NCBI GenBank assembly: GCA_902530985.1
Contig: CACACI010000001.1
Location: 70,420 to 134,419, forward strand
Origin: an uncultured Alphaproteobacteria bacterium
Lineage (GTDB): Bacteria; Pseudomonadota; Alphaproteobacteria; Methylaequorales; Methylaequoraceae
DNA length: 64,000 nt
Reading direction: 5' to 3'
The position numbers and the translations under genes are program-made. Positions within the stretch are counted from its first letter, which is position 1. Every line of letters begins with the position of its first letter. The notes under the pieces are model-generated. The model worked only from the letters and a program-made list of their open reading frames with translations. It was not told the DNA's origin and ran no database searches. Positions 29,802 to 40,754 of the stretch are shown piece after piece.

Positions 29802-31273
29802 GAAACAATATTTTTGATTTTTCAAATACCTACGCCAAATTACCTAAAAATTTTTATGAAAAAATTAATCCTAGACCAGTTAAAAATCCGGAATTAATTG
29901 AATTTAATTCAAACCTATCAAGATTTCTTAATATAGATCCCAACAGGATAAACGATGAAAATGGTAAATTATTTTTTTCTGGAAATGTTATACCAGATGG
30001 TGCTAGGCCAATTGCAATGGCTTACGCTGGTCATCAGTTTGGTAATTTTGTCCCTCAACTAGGTGATGGAAGAGCCATACTCATTGGAGAATTAATAGCA
30101 ACTAATGGAAAAAGATTCGATATCCAATTAAAAGGATCTGGAAAAACTTCATTTTCGAGACAAGGAGATGGTAGGTCTCCACTTGGGCCAGTAATAAGAG
30201 AATATTTAGTAAGTGAATCTCTTCATTACTTAGGTATCCAGACAACTCGATCATTAGCAATTGTTAGAACTGGAGAAAAAGTCTTTAGAGAAACCCCAAT
30301 GCCTGGTGGGATTTTAACAAGAGTTGCATCTAGCCATATTCGTATTGGTACTTTTGAATTCTTTTTTTACAAAAATGATATTAAATCACTAAAAAAATTA
30401 GCAGATTATACAATTGCAAGATACAGTCTAAATACAGTAAATAAAAATCGTTATGAAGTCCTCCTTAAACATGTAATTAAGTCTCAAGCAAAATTAATAT
30501 CAAAGTGGTTAAGCATAGGCTTTATTCATGGTGTTATGAATACAGATAATACATCTATAAGCGGTGAAACAATTGATTATGGTCCCTGCGCTTTTATGGA
30601 CCATTATAACCCCAATCAAGTATTTAGTTATATTGACTACACAGGGAGATATTCATATATAAATCAAGGAAAAGTCATGTTTTGGAATTTATCAAAATTC
30701 GCGGAAAGTCTATTACCATTATTAAATGAAAATATGGAAAAATCTAAAGAAAAAGCTGTGAATAGTCTTAAATTATTTCCAAAATATTTTGAAGAAAATT
30801 GGTCAAAAGAAATGAGCAAAAAAATTGGACTTAAGAAAAGCAGAAAAAAAGATCTAGAAATTATTAACGATTTTTTGGAATTACTTAAAAACAACAACAT
30901 TGATTTTACATTAGCTTTTAGAGAATTATCAAAACTTATTAAAAAAATAAATACTCCATTTTTTAATAAAAATATAAAAAATAGAAAGCAATTTACAGAA
31001 TGGTCTTTACGTTGGAAAAAAAGATTAGAACAAGAAAGTTTTAATGAATCACAAATAGCTATAGAAATGGATAAAGTTAACCCTATTTATATTCCAAGGA
31101 ATCATCTTGTAGAAAATATAATTAAGAATGCTGAACTGCATGATGACTTTTCACCGATGAAAGAGATGCTAGATATTATTAAAAAACCTTTCTCTGAAAA
31201 ACCTCTCAAAGAAAAATTTTCATTGCCACCTGAGCCCCATGAGGTAGTCCCAAATACTTTTTGCGGTACTTAA
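29798..31273 (+). CDS. selO: protein adenylyltransferase SelO (YdiU family pseudokinase-fold AMPylase)
   Basis: TTG start. Motifs AMAYAGHQFGNFVPQLGDGRAILIGE, LKGSGKTSFSR and HGVMNTDNTSISGETIDYGP. Cys at the antepenultimate position (FCGT). Confidence 0.9.
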   Translation: MRNNIFDFSNTYAKLPKNFYEKINPRPVKNPELIEFNSNLSRFLNIDPNRINDENGKLFFSGNVIPDGARPIAMAYAGHQFGNFVPQLGDGRAILIGELIATNGKRFDIQLKGSGKTSFSRQGDGRSPLGPVIREYLVSESLHYLGIQTTRSLAIVRTGEKVFRETPMPGGILTRVASSHIRIGTFEFFFYKNDIKSLKKLADYTIARYSLNTVNKNRYEVLLKHVIKSQAKLISKWLSIGFIHGVMNTDNTSISGETIDYGPCAFMDHYNPNQVFSYIDYTGRYSYINQGKVMFWNLSKFAESLLPLLNENMEKSKEKAVNSLKLFPKYFEENWSKEMSKKIGLKKSRKKDLEIINDFLELLKNNNIDFTLAFRELSKLIKKINTPFFNKNIKNRKQFTEWSLRWKKRLEQESFNESQIAIEMDKVNPIYIPRNHLVENIIKNAELHDDFSPMKEMLDIIKKPFSEKPLKEKFSLPPEPHEVVPNTFCGT

Positions 31274-31677
31274 ATAACCGAAAAACCAAATCTTTTGCTT
31301 TCATCAAGAATTTCATTCTCAGCCTTCATCCATAATGGAATAGCTTTATCTAATATTTTATGACCCTTTTCAGTTAACTTCATTACTTTCTTTCTTGAAT
31401 CTTTAGTTTTAATTTGTTCAATCAATTCATCCTTTAACAAAATATTCAAGCCCCTCGTAAGAGTAGTTCTGTCCATCAATAATTCTTCGGAAAGGGAAAT
31501 CAATGTTCTATCTTTGCTTGTTGCTATGAATGATAAAATTGTAAACTGTGTGATTCTTATACCTGAGGGCTTTAACTTCTTATCATAAAATTGAGTTACA
31601 ACTCGCGAGGCTTTCCTCATTTTGAAACATTTACAACTTAGAAGCTGTCTATATCTGAACGAACGTGTTTCTTCCAT
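31270..31677 (-). CDS. MarR family transcriptional regulator
   Basis: Winged-HTH core ITQFTILSFIAT...LSEELLMDRTTLTRGLNILLKDELI...LTEKGHKIL. Confidence 0.8.
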   Translation of the reverse strand: MEETRSFRYRQLLSCKCFKMRKASRVVTQFYDKKLKPSGIRITQFTILSFIATSKDRTLISLSEELLMDRTTLTRGLNILLKDELIEQIKTKDSRKKVMKLTEKGHKILDKAIPLWMKAENEILDESKRFGFSVI

Positions 31678-31707
31678 GAAATTATTTATTACAGTTTCCT
31701 ATATTAA

Positions 31708-32076
31708 TTAATGAGAATCTAAATCCTTTTTAACATCTTCATGATCTCCTGTGATTATATGGTATTTACTTTTAGTAACAAATTTTTCTAATAAAGGAAT
31801 AAAAAGTAGTGGTATCAAACCACCTATAACAATACCCAAAATCATGGTTCTGATATGTGGATCAAGATAACTTGCAATTACGTCAGCAAAAATATGTGAT
31901 AAGGCTGCACCAAAAATACCTGCTACATATCCATTTGATACCAATTTCAAAAACCTGTTTATGCTAAAACCAGAATAATAACCCAAAAGCATAATACTTA
32001 CATGAACAAAACCAAAAATTAAACCTCTTAAATTTCCAGTTGTTTCACTAAAAATGTTTTCTAGAAAATATTCCAT
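31708..32076 (-). CDS. small integral membrane protein, family unknown
   Basis: 122 aa with three or four hydrophobic segments and a charged C-terminal tail. Coding-like and non-overlapping. Confidence 0.5.
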   Translation of the reverse strand: MEYFLENIFSETTGNLRGLIFGFVHVSIMLLGYYSGFSINRFLKLVSNGYVAGIFGAALSHIFADVIASYLDPHIRTMILGIVIGGLIPLLFIPLLEKFVTKSKYHIITGDHEDVKKDLDSH

Positions 32077-32218
32077 TAATTGTAATACTTTACATTAAAA
32101 TTTTAAAAATTAGTTAATTACTTTAAATCACTTTTATAAGAGATCTATTAAATAATATGATAATACAATAATTAAGTCAAAAAAGACGACCAAAAGCAAT
32201 TAACAGCTTTTTTAAAAA

Positions 32219-32308
32219 TGGCGGAGAGAGAGGGATTCGAACCCTCGAAACAGTTGCCTGTTTACACGCTTTCCAAGCGTGCGCCTTAAGCCACTCGGCC
32301 ACCTCTCC
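32219..32308 (-). tRNA. tRNA-Ser (anticodon GGA), CCA encoded
   Basis: The reverse complement GGAGAGGTGGCCGAGTGGCTTAAGGCGCACGCTTGGAAAGCGTGTAAACAGGCAACTGTTTCGAGGGTTCGAATCCCTCTCTCTCCGCCA folds by hand. It has a 7-bp acceptor, a 3-bp D stem, anticodon loop TTGGAAA, a long variable arm (AAACAG/CTGTTT) and T loop TTCGAAT. Confidence 0.93.
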
Positions 32309-34107
32309 TAGTCATTAGAAGTTTTTAGAACATTAATGAATGCTGATTGAGGAATTTCAACTTTGCCAAACTGTCTCATTCTTTTTTTTCCTTTTTTTTG
32401 TTTATCAAGAAGTTTATTTTTCCTGGTAACATCTCCTCCATAAAGTTTTGCTGTAACATCTTTCCTGAAACTATTTATAGTTTCTCTTGCAATAATTTTA
32501 CCTCCAATAGCAGCTTGTAATGGAATTTTAAATTGTTGTCTCGGAATTAATTTGCTTAGTTTCTCACAATATACTTTTCCTCGGGATATAGATTTAGATC
32601 TATGACAAATAAATGATAGTGCATCAACTGGGTCAGAATTGACAAGAATTTGAACCCTGACCAAATCACTTTCGCTATATTCTTTGAACTCATAATCAAA
32701 ACTTGCATAACCGCTTGATATAGATTTGAGTTTATCATAAAAGTCGAATACTACTTCAGCTAATGGCAAATGATACTCTATCATTGCTCTTTTACCTACA
32801 TAACTTAAGTTTTTTTGTGTACCTCTTCTTTCTGTACATAACTGCATAACTGGACCTAAGTATTCATCTGGTAACATTATTGTTGCTTTAATTATTGGTT
32901 CAGATATACGTTTTATTTTCATAATATCTGGAAGTTCAGAGGGGTTATGAATATCTAAAGTCTCTCCATCGATTTGTTCTATTTTATAAACGACAGATGG
33001 TGATGTTGTAATTAAATTTAAATTAAATTCTCTACTCAACCTTTCTTGAATTATTTCTAAATGTAAAAGCCCAAGAAAACCACATCGAAAACCTAAGCCT
33101 AATGCAGCTGAAGTTTCAGGTTCTGATGAGAAGCTTGCATCATTTAATCCCAATTTTAGAAGACTGTCTCTTAATAAATCATAATCATCTGCATCAACAG
33201 GATACAAACCGCAAAAAACGACAGGCCTACTAGGCTTGAAGCCTGGTAAAGGTTTGTCAGTTGGTTTTGAGGCATCAGTAATTGTATCACCAACTTTACA
33301 ATCACTAACATGCTTTATTCCTGCAGTTATAAATCCAATTTCTCCAGTCTTAAGGTTGTCCGTATACTTTATTTTTGGCGTAAAATAACCACATTTTTCA
33401 ACATTATATGAAGCATTCGTTCCAATCATTTTAAGTTTCATTGATTTTTTTAATATGCCTGATTGAATTCTAACTAAAATTATTACTCCTAAATATGGGT
33501 CGTACCAACTATCAATTAACATAGCTACAAGCTTTGAATTATTTTCTACATTTGGGCCTGGAAGCCTTTCTACTATAGCTTCTAATAAATCATCAATTCC
33601 ATCTCCTGTTTTTGCAGAAACTAATAATGCCTTAGATGCATCAATACCTATAACCTCTTCAATCTGTCTTTTAATTCTATCTGGTTCAGATGCGGGTAAA
33701 TCAGTTTTATTTAAAACAGGAATTATTTCATGATTATTTTCTATCGCTTGATAAACATTTGCTAAAGTTTGAGCTTCTACTCCTTGAGAAGAATCTACAA
33801 CTAACAAAGAACCTTCACAAGATGCTAAAGACCGACTAACCTCATATGCAAAATCAACATGCCCTGGTGTATCCATTAAATTAAAATTGTAAATATTTTT
33901 ATCTTTAGATTTATATTCTAAAAAAACAGTTTGTGCTTTAATTGTAATTCCTCTTTCTCGTTCAATATCCATTGAATCTAGCACTTGATCTTTCATTTCT
34001 CTTTCTGGTAGTCCTCCACATTTTTGAATTATACGATCAGCAAGAGTTGATTTTCCATGATCAATATGTGCTATTATAGAAAAATTTCTAATTTTATCTA
34101 TTAACAT
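32308..34107 (-). CDS. lepA: translation elongation factor 4
   Basis: GTPase motifs [17 protein letters not shown] and NKTD. LepA-specific C-terminal domain. Confidence 0.97.
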   Translation of the reverse strand: MLIDKIRNFSIIAHIDHGKSTLADRIIQKCGGLPEREMKDQVLDSMDIERERGITIKAQTVFLEYKSKDKNIYNFNLMDTPGHVDFAYEVSRSLASCEGSLLVVDSSQGVEAQTLANVYQAIENNHEIIPVLNKTDLPASEPDRIKRQIEEVIGIDASKALLVSAKTGDGIDDLLEAIVERLPGPNVENNSKLVAMLIDSWYDPYLGVIILVRIQSGILKKSMKLKMIGTNASYNVEKCGYFTPKIKYTDNLKTGEIGFITAGIKHVSDCKVGDTITDASKPTDKPLPGFKPSRPVVFCGLYPVDADDYDLLRDSLLKLGLNDASFSSEPETSAALGLGFRCGFLGLLHLEIIQERLSREFNLNLITTSPSVVYKIEQIDGETLDIHNPSELPDIMKIKRISEPIIKATIMLPDEYLGPVMQLCTERRGTQKNLSYVGKRAMIEYHLPLAEVVFDFYDKLKSISSGYASFDYEFKEYSESDLVRVQILVNSDPVDALSFICHRSKSISRGKVYCEKLSKLIPRQQFKIPLQAAIGGKIIARETINSFRKDVTAKLYGGDVTRKNKLLDKQKKGKKRMRQFGKVEIPQSAFINVLKTSND

Positions 34108-36494
34108 TATTTAAGTTTTGCATTAAATTTTAGACCAGCTTGCTCAATAATTTTTTTAGATAACTTATTAATATCTTCCTCCACAAGAGTTTTTGTATCA
34201 GATTGCATAATTACTTCAAGAGCTAACGATCGTTTATCTTTACCTTCATAATTATCAAAAACTTTTACACTTGAAATAATTTCCTTGTCAATGTTTTTTA
34301 TGTGATTAACAAGATCAATTGATAAAAGATTTTTATCGACTTCAAATGAAAAATCTCTAACCGATGATTGAAAAACAGACTTTGTTAATTGTTTTTTAGT
34401 GTATGATTTCTCTTTACATAAATCCAAGGTAGTTGTCATATCAAGCTCAAATAAACATGTAATATTTTTTATCTTAAAAATTTTGGCTATGCTAGGATGT
34501 AATTCTCCAAAACTTGCAATTTTTTTTTCTCCTAGAATTATTAATCCACTCTTACCTGGATGATAATACTTTTTATTTTCTGGTTTTATCTTTAATTTTT
34601 GAAGGGGTATCTTTAATAATCTTAAGACATTAAAAAGATCTGATTTTAAATCAAAAATATCAAAATCTCTGTTATCTGTGGTCCAATTCTTTTCATTGGC
34701 TTTTCCGGATCTTACAACAGTTAATTGATCATTCTGCTCTCCAGGTTTAAATCCTTTAAATATGGGACCCATCTCAAATATTGATATATTTTGAATATTT
34801 TTATTATTATTTTTGTTGATAATGTCCAACAAACCACCAACTAGATTTGTTCGCAAACATGATAACTCTGAACTTATTGGGTTAGTAATTTCGAGAATTT
34901 CATTATTTAAATTTAATTCTCTTTCCCATTTTTTATTTGAAAATGACCAAGAAATTGTTTCCATTATATTACGACTTACTAATAATTCCCTTACCTGTCT
35001 TCTTAATTGTTGATATTGCGATGTAACTTTAGCTTTAAATCGATTGTTTAATTTAAATTCTTTGGCTTGAATTTTTTCGTATCCAATTAATCTTCCTATT
35101 TCCTCAACTAGATCTTCTTTAATCTTTATGTCAGGTCTCCAAGATGGTGGTTGAACCTTAATTGTTTTTTTACAATCCATTACATTACAGCCAATTTTTA
35201 GTAACTTTTCATTTATGGTTGTTTTATCAATTTCACAACCTAAAATTTGACTAAAAAAATCAATATCAACTTCTATTTCAAAATTAAATTCTGATTCTAT
35301 TGAATCGGATATAATATGGCCTGCTTCTCCACCACAATTTTTAATTATCATTTCTGAAGCTAATTCAATACCATCAATAGTGGATTTTGGATCTATTCCT
35401 CGTTCAAACCTATATCTTGCATCACTCGTAATATTTAATTTTCTTCCTGTAGATGCAATTTTTTCTGGAGAGAAATAAGCTGATTCAATTAAAATATTTT
35501 TAGTTTCATGATCACATGCCGTATTTTTACCTCCAATAACTCCTGCTAAACTTATTATTTTTTTTTCATCACAAATAACAATCATATTTTCATCTAAAAT
35601 GTATTCTTTATCATCCAGCCCAAAAAACTTTTCACCTTTCTTTGAATATCTAATTTTTATATCTCCTTCAACTTTATCATAATCAAAGACATGAAGTGGT
35701 CTACAGTAGTCAATCGTTAAGTAATTGGTTATGTCAACTAATGATGAAATCACTTTCAAACCGGATCCTTTGAATCTCTTTATAATTGCATTTGAAGATT
35801 GAGGATTTTTAACATTTTTTATTTGTCTTATTGAGAATTGTGGGCATGTTTCGTTTTTCAATGTGTTGGTTAGTTTTAACGAACTTTTAAAAATACTTTT
35901 AACTTTGTTTATTTTTTTTTTTCTTAGTTTTCCAAAACCTGCTGCATTTAAATCTCTAGCGATACCAAAAACTCCTGCACAATCTACTCTATTAGGAGTA
36001 ATTGCAATTTCTATCTCAACATTCTCATCACTGAGATGATCTGAAAATTTCTCGCCTACTTTACATTTTTGGTCCAATTCTATTATACCATGAGAATCAT
36101 CAGATAAATTAAGCTCTTCTTCAGAACACAACATACCATTAGATTCAATACCTCTGATTTTACTTTTTTTGATTTTAAATTCGTTCTGCTTTCTAGGCTT
36201 AATTATACAACCTATATTAGCTAAGACTGTTTTCATCCTTTTTTTTACATTTGATGCTCCACAAACTACTTTTAAAAGTTTCGAACCATTATTAACATTA
36301 CAGATTTTTAGTTTATCAGCATCAGGATGAGGTTCGATGCCAACTATTTCAGAGATAACGAAATCTTCTAAATCTTTTTTTGGATTTATACAGTTTTCGA
36401 CTTCCAGACCAATACTAGTTAATTTATGACACAGATCATCAACAGAAGATTCAAAATCTAAATATTCTCTTAACCAAGAAAGTGTAAATCTCAT
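34107..36494 (-). CDS. pheT: phenylalanine--tRNA ligase beta subunit
   Basis: 795 aa with an N-terminal tRNA-binding domain, B3/4 and B5 domains and a C-terminal FDX-ACB domain. Lies downstream of pheS. Confidence 0.95.
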   Translation of the reverse strand: MRFTLSWLREYLDFESSVDDLCHKLTSIGLEVENCINPKKDLEDFVISEIVGIEPHPDADKLKICNVNNGSKLLKVVCGASNVKKRMKTVLANIGCIIKPRKQNEFKIKKSKIRGIESNGMLCSEEELNLSDDSHGIIELDQKCKVGEKFSDHLSDENVEIEIAITPNRVDCAGVFGIARDLNAAGFGKLRKKKINKVKSIFKSSLKLTNTLKNETCPQFSIRQIKNVKNPQSSNAIIKRFKGSGLKVISSLVDITNYLTIDYCRPLHVFDYDKVEGDIKIRYSKKGEKFFGLDDKEYILDENMIVICDEKKIISLAGVIGGKNTACDHETKNILIESAYFSPEKIASTGRKLNITSDARYRFERGIDPKSTIDGIELASEMIIKNCGGEAGHIISDSIESEFNFEIEVDIDFFSQILGCEIDKTTINEKLLKIGCNVMDCKKTIKVQPPSWRPDIKIKEDLVEEIGRLIGYEKIQAKEFKLNNRFKAKVTSQYQQLRRQVRELLVSRNIMETISWSFSNKKWERELNLNNEILEITNPISSELSCLRTNLVGGLLDIINKNNNKNIQNISIFEMGPIFKGFKPGEQNDQLTVVRSGKANEKNWTTDNRDFDIFDLKSDLFNVLRLLKIPLQKLKIKPENKKYYHPGKSGLIILGEKKIASFGELHPSIAKIFKIKNITCLFELDMTTTLDLCKEKSYTKKQLTKSVFQSSVRDFSFEVDKNLLSIDLVNHIKNIDKEIISSVKVFDNYEGKDKRSLALEVIMQSDTKTLVEEDINKLSKKIIEQAGLKFNAKLK

Positions 36495-36495
36495 C

Positions 36496-37557
36496 TCACC
36501 GCCAACTCAAATCTGTTTCTTCTAAGAAAGAAAAACCATAATGTTCTAACCATTTTAAATCACTATCAAAAAAATCTCTAAGATCAGGCATTCCATATTT
36601 AAGCATAGCTAGTCTTTCTATTCCCATACCAAATGCAAAGCCAGTAACTTTTTTTTTAATTCCAGACATCTTAAAAACTTCTGGATGCACCATTCCACAC
36701 CCTAAGATTTCCATCCACTTAGTGCCTTCACCTAAAATTATTTTTCCTGATTCATTTGTATAATTTATATCAACTTCTGCTGATGGTTCAGTAAAAGGAA
36801 AATAAGAAGGTCTAAACCTTAATTTAAGATTTTCCTTTTTAAAAAAAGTTTTACAGAATATATCTATAAACCACTTTAAATTAGCAAATGTAATTTCTTC
36901 ATCTACTACTAATCCCTCAACTTGATGAAACATAGGTGTATGTGTTATGTCAGAATCACATCTATAGGTTCTTCCAGGTGCAAAAATTCTAAGGGGAAGT
37001 GGCATTTTTTTTAGAGATCTTATTTGCACTGGAGATGTATGTGTTCTCATAACATAAGATTCTTCTTCATTTTTTATATAAAATGTGTCATGCATTTGTC
37101 GAGCAGGATGATTCTTAGGAATATTTAAAGCAGAAAAATTGTGGAAATCATCTTCTATATCCGGACCCTCTTCATACATCAAACCCATTCCACCCAAAAT
37201 TGAAACAATCTCATTTATTGTCTGATTAATGGGATGAATTTTAGCTTCAAGTAAATTGTTTTCACGAGCAGGAAGAGTTGAATCTAAAAAATCTTTCCTC
37301 AATCTCAAATTTATTTCAGAAGATTCGATTTTATTTTTTCTATCTTCTAGACTAGAAAAAAAATTTTTTTTCAAATTATTAAGTTTTGCCCCAAGCTCCT
37401 TTCTTTTATCCGTATCAAGTGATGACAAAGTTTTTAATTCTTGGGTTATTAAACCATTTTTACCAAAATACTTTACTCTTACCAACTCAAGATCTTCGAT
37501 TGAATTAGATCTTTCAACTTCATTCAAAGCTGATTGAATTAGTTGATTATGGTTCAT
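36496..37557 (-). CDS. pheS: phenylalanine--tRNA ligase alpha subunit
   Basis: Class II motifs (HPARQMHDTFY, RTHTSPVQIR, GFAFGMGIERLAMLKYG). Confidence 0.96.
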   Translation of the reverse strand: MNHNQLIQSALNEVERSNSIEDLELVRVKYFGKNGLITQELKTLSSLDTDKRKELGAKLNNLKKNFFSSLEDRKNKIESSEINLRLRKDFLDSTLPARENNLLEAKIHPINQTINEIVSILGGMGLMYEEGPDIEDDFHNFSALNIPKNHPARQMHDTFYIKNEEESYVMRTHTSPVQIRSLKKMPLPLRIFAPGRTYRCDSDITHTPMFHQVEGLVVDEEITFANLKWFIDIFCKTFFKKENLKLRFRPSYFPFTEPSAEVDINYTNESGKIILGEGTKWMEILGCGMVHPEVFKMSGIKKKVTGFAFGMGIERLAMLKYGMPDLRDFFDSDLKWLEHYGFSFLEETDLSWR

Positions 37558-37571
37558 TTTATATGACTTAA

Positions 37572-37922
37572 TTAAGCGGCTTTGACTTTGGCCACTATCT
37601 GTTTAAAGGATTCTGGCTCAAGTGCTGCGAGATCAGCAAGAACTTTCCTATTGAAATTTAAATTAACCTTTTTGAGACCATTCATAAAGGTTGAGTATTT
37701 TATTCCATGAAGCCTACATCCAGCATTGATTCTTTGAATCCACAACCTTCTGAATTCTCTTTTCTTCACTTTTCTATCTCTGTATGCATATTGTCCTGCT
37801 TTTTCAACAGCTTGGTTTGCTACTTTAAAGGTGTTTTTTCTTCTTCCATAATAACCTTTAGCTCTTTTTAGAATTTTTTTGTGCCTAGATCTTGTTACAC
37901 TTCCTGCTCTAACTCTTGACAT
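37572..37922 (-). CDS. rplT: 50S ribosomal protein L20
   Basis: [26 protein letters not shown] start. Fits the infC-rpmI-rplT order. Confidence 0.97.
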   Translation of the reverse strand: MSRVRAGSVTRSRHKKILKRAKGYYGRRKNTFKVANQAVEKAGQYAYRDRKVKKREFRRLWIQRINAGCRLHGIKYSTFMNGLKKVNLNFNRKVLADLAALEPESFKQIVAKVKAA

Positions 37923-37927
37923 CTTTC

Positions 37928-38131
37928 TTACCTTAGTTTTGCATTAATATATTTTTTTACTATTCTAGCATCTTGCTTAGACATTACTGTTGGGCCCCTT
38001 GATGATCTTTTCATGGTTTTTGTCCTCTTACTTAAGTTATGTCTTTTACCACTTGCAAACATAAGAACTTTACCAGTTGCAGTTACTTTGAACCTTTTTT
38101 TTGTTCCACTTTTTGTCTTAATTTTAGGCAT
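37928..38131 (-). CDS. rpmI: 50S ribosomal protein L35
   Basis: [21 protein letters not shown] start, 67 aa. Confidence 0.95.
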   Translation of the reverse strand: MPKIKTKSGTKKRFKVTATGKVLMFASGKRHNLSKRTKTMKRSSRGPTVMSKQDARIVKKYINAKLR

Positions 38132-38186
38132 AATTTAATTATTTATATAGTGTTTTTTTTCCAAAGCAAGATTGTTTTAAATTAAG

Positions 38187-38720
38187 CTATCGTGGTGCAA
38201 CTACCATTATCATATGCTTACCTTCTAGGGTTGGCATCTGCTCAATTTTAGCCAATGGCTCTATTTGACTTTCAAGTTTTTTCAATACTTCCATACCTCT
38301 TTGATGATATGCCATCTCCCTGCCCTTAAATCTCAATGTTATTTTCACTTTATCCCCATCAGAAAGAAAACGTTGAATTGACTTTAATTTTACAGTGTAA
38401 TCATGTTCCTCAATTCCAGGCCTTAATTTAACTTCTTTAACTTCAAAAGTCTTTTGCTTTTTCTTAGCTTCAGCTTGTTTTTTTTGAATTTGGTATTTGT
38501 ATTTTCCGTGATCAATAATTTTGCATACAGGTGGTGAAGCATTAGGAGAAACTTCGACGAGATCTAGACCTTGTTCAAATGCTAGTTTAACTGCCTCTTC
38601 AGTATTATAAACTCCTAACATATCTCCTTTCTCTGAAATCACCCTTACAGATTTCGCTTTTATTCTTTCATTTACATCAGGACCTTGTTGTTTAGGTGAA
38701 TGGAATCTTGCTTTATTCAT
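38187..38720 (-). CDS. infC: translation initiation factor IF-3
   Basis: NERIKAKSVRVISEKGDMLGV N-domain and KEVKLRPGIEEHDY C-domain. The apparent start is ATG, and a TAA lies two codons upstream. Confidence 0.93.
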   Translation of the reverse strand: MNKARFHSPKQQGPDVNERIKAKSVRVISEKGDMLGVYNTEEAVKLAFEQGLDLVEVSPNASPPVCKIIDHGKYKYQIQKKQAEAKKKQKTFEVKEVKLRPGIEEHDYTVKLKSIQRFLSDGDKVKITLRFKGREMAYHQRGMEVLKKLESQIEPLAKIEQMPTLEGKHMIMVVAPR

Positions 38721-38800
38721 ATTTTGTTAGTTGCATATTAAAAATAAGTCCCTTTCATTTTTGTCATTTCTATATCTAAAAATTTAAAAATACTCACAAT

Positions 38801-40714
38801 TTACTTAATTCTGCAAGAAATTTTTATTTTTTTTGTAAACTCCTCAAAACTTAGCACATCCTGTTTTTCTTTTCCAAGCGTTCTTAATGCAACTTTTCTA
38901 TTTTCAACTTCTTTGTCTCCAATGATTCCTATAAAGTTGATTTTCTGATGTGAAAGATCTCTAATTTTATAATTTAATTTCTCATTTCTCAAATCTGTTA
39001 TGGACTTTACCCCAATTTTTTTCAGCTCGCTTGAAATTTCATTAGCATAATCTTTACAATTTGAATTAATTGTGGCCAATGCTACTTGAACAGGACTAAG
39101 CCATGCAGGCAACCTCCCAGAGTAATGTTCTATTAAAATCCCTATAAATCTCTCAAATGATCCTAAAATAGCTCTATGCAACATTACTGGTCTATTTTTA
39201 CCACCATCTTCGCTAACATAACTCGCATCCAACCTTTCTGGTAATACAAAGTCAACCTGTAAAGTTCCACATTGCCAATCTCTTCCTATAGCATCATGCA
39301 AAACAAACTCAAGTTTGGGACCATAAAAAGCTCCTTCTCCTGGATTTAATTCATAATCATAACCTGCGGCTTCAACAGCATCTATCAAAGATCTTTCAGC
39401 TTGATCCCATACTTTATCAGTGCCAGCCCGATTTTTTGGGCGATCAGAAAATTTAATTGTTATATTTTCAAATCCAAAATCTTTATATATTTCCATTAAC
39501 AAACTACAAAAATCTGAGGTTTCCGAAATTATCTGATCTTCTGTACAAAATATATGAGCATCATCTTGAATAAAAGACCTCAATCTCATCAATCCATGAA
39601 GAGCACCAGATGGCTCATTTCTATGACAACAACCAAACTCAGCCATACGTATTGGTAAATCCTTGTAACTTTTAATTCCTTGGCGGAAAATTTGAACATG
39701 ACATGGACAGTTCATTGGTTTGATAGCTAGGGTTTTCTGTTCTGATTCAGAGACAAACATTTGATCCCTAAATTTTTCCCAATGTCCTGAATCTTTCCAT
39801 AATGAACTATCAACTAATTGAGGAGTATTAACTTCTTTATATCCAGAGTCATTAAGTTTTTTTCTAATATATTCCATTATTGTTTGATAAAGTGTCCAAC
39901 CTTTGTGATGCCAAAAAACTGACCCTGCTGCTTGTTCTTGAAAATGAAAAAGATTTAAGTCTTTTCCAAGTTTTCTGTGATCTCTCTTTTCTGCTTCCTC
40001 TAATTGGTGAAGATAATTTTTAAGATCTTTATTATTATTCCATGCAGTCCCATAAATTCTTTGAAGCATTTCATTTTTTGAATCTCCTCTCCAATAAGCT
40101 CCTGCCAACTTTGTTAATTTAAATGGACCAACTTGTTTTAAATTTGGTAAATGTGGTCCTCGACACAAATCAAAAAACTTTGAATCGCTTTGTTGATATA
40201 TTTGGAAATTTTTTTCTTGATCAGACTCCTCAATTATTGCAACTTTGTAGATTTCGTTTTCTACATTAAATAAATCGATAGCTTCTTTCTTACTTTTAAA
40301 CATTTTTTTAATATCACTACCCTCATTAACAATCTTGGACATTTCCTTTTCAATCTTTGGAAAATCAGCAATTGATATTGGTTTTTCAAATAGAACATCA
40401 TAATAAAATCCGTTTTCAACTGTAGGACCAATAGCTAATTTTGCTGAGGGATATAATTTTTTGATTGCACTAGCTAAAACTTGTGCCGTTAAAGTGTGTC
40501 TCATTATTTCAAGACCTTCATCGGAACTTCGAGTAATTATTCTAATTTCGGCATCATGGTCTATAACATCGCAAAGATCCATCTGAACTCCATTAACAGA
40601 AATAGCCACAGCTTCTTTAAGTAAGGATTTTGAAATACTTTCCGCAATTAAAAAGCCATTAACATCTTCATTAAATATTTGGGTTCTTCCATCTGGAAAA
40701 GTCAATTTAGGCAT
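38801..40714 (-). CDS. thrS: threonine--tRNA ligase
   Basis: TGS and editing domains, class II core (CRGPH, FHFQEQAAG, GTLQVDF) and an anticodon-binding domain. Confidence 0.97.
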   Translation of the reverse strand: MPKLTFPDGRTQIFNEDVNGFLIAESISKSLLKEAVAISVNGVQMDLCDVIDHDAEIRIITRSSDEGLEIMRHTLTAQVLASAIKKLYPSAKLAIGPTVENGFYYDVLFEKPISIADFPKIEKEMSKIVNEGSDIKKMFKSKKEAIDLFNVENEIYKVAIIEESDQEKNFQIYQQSDSKFFDLCRGPHLPNLKQVGPFKLTKLAGAYWRGDSKNEMLQRIYGTAWNNNKDLKNYLHQLEEAEKRDHRKLGKDLNLFHFQEQAAGSVFWHHKGWTLYQTIMEYIRKKLNDSGYKEVNTPQLVDSSLWKDSGHWEKFRDQMFVSESEQKTLAIKPMNCPCHVQIFRQGIKSYKDLPIRMAEFGCCHRNEPSGALHGLMRLRSFIQDDAHIFCTEDQIISETSDFCSLLMEIYKDFGFENITIKFSDRPKNRAGTDKVWDQAERSLIDAVEAAGYDYELNPGEGAFYGPKLEFVLHDAIGRDWQCGTLQVDFVLPERLDASYVSEDGGKNRPVMLHRAILGSFERFIGILIEHYSGRLPAWLSPVQVALATINSNCKDYANEISSELKKIGVKSITDLRNEKLNYKIRDLSHQKINFIGIIGDKEVENRKVALRTLGKEKQDVLSFEEFTKKIKISCRIK

Positions 40715-40754
40715 TGTTTTAAATAGATTAATTGGTGTTTTATGTCAATGCTCA

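Noticed and set aside
27031-32218. Possibility that the 27-32 kb accessory-looking block is a classical tRNA-Ser-integrated genomic island.
   Set aside because: There is no integrase, and I could not find a direct repeat of the tRNA-Ser 3' end (TGGCGGAGAGAGAGGGATTCGAACCC) in any spacer to the left. I kept it only as a weak context note.
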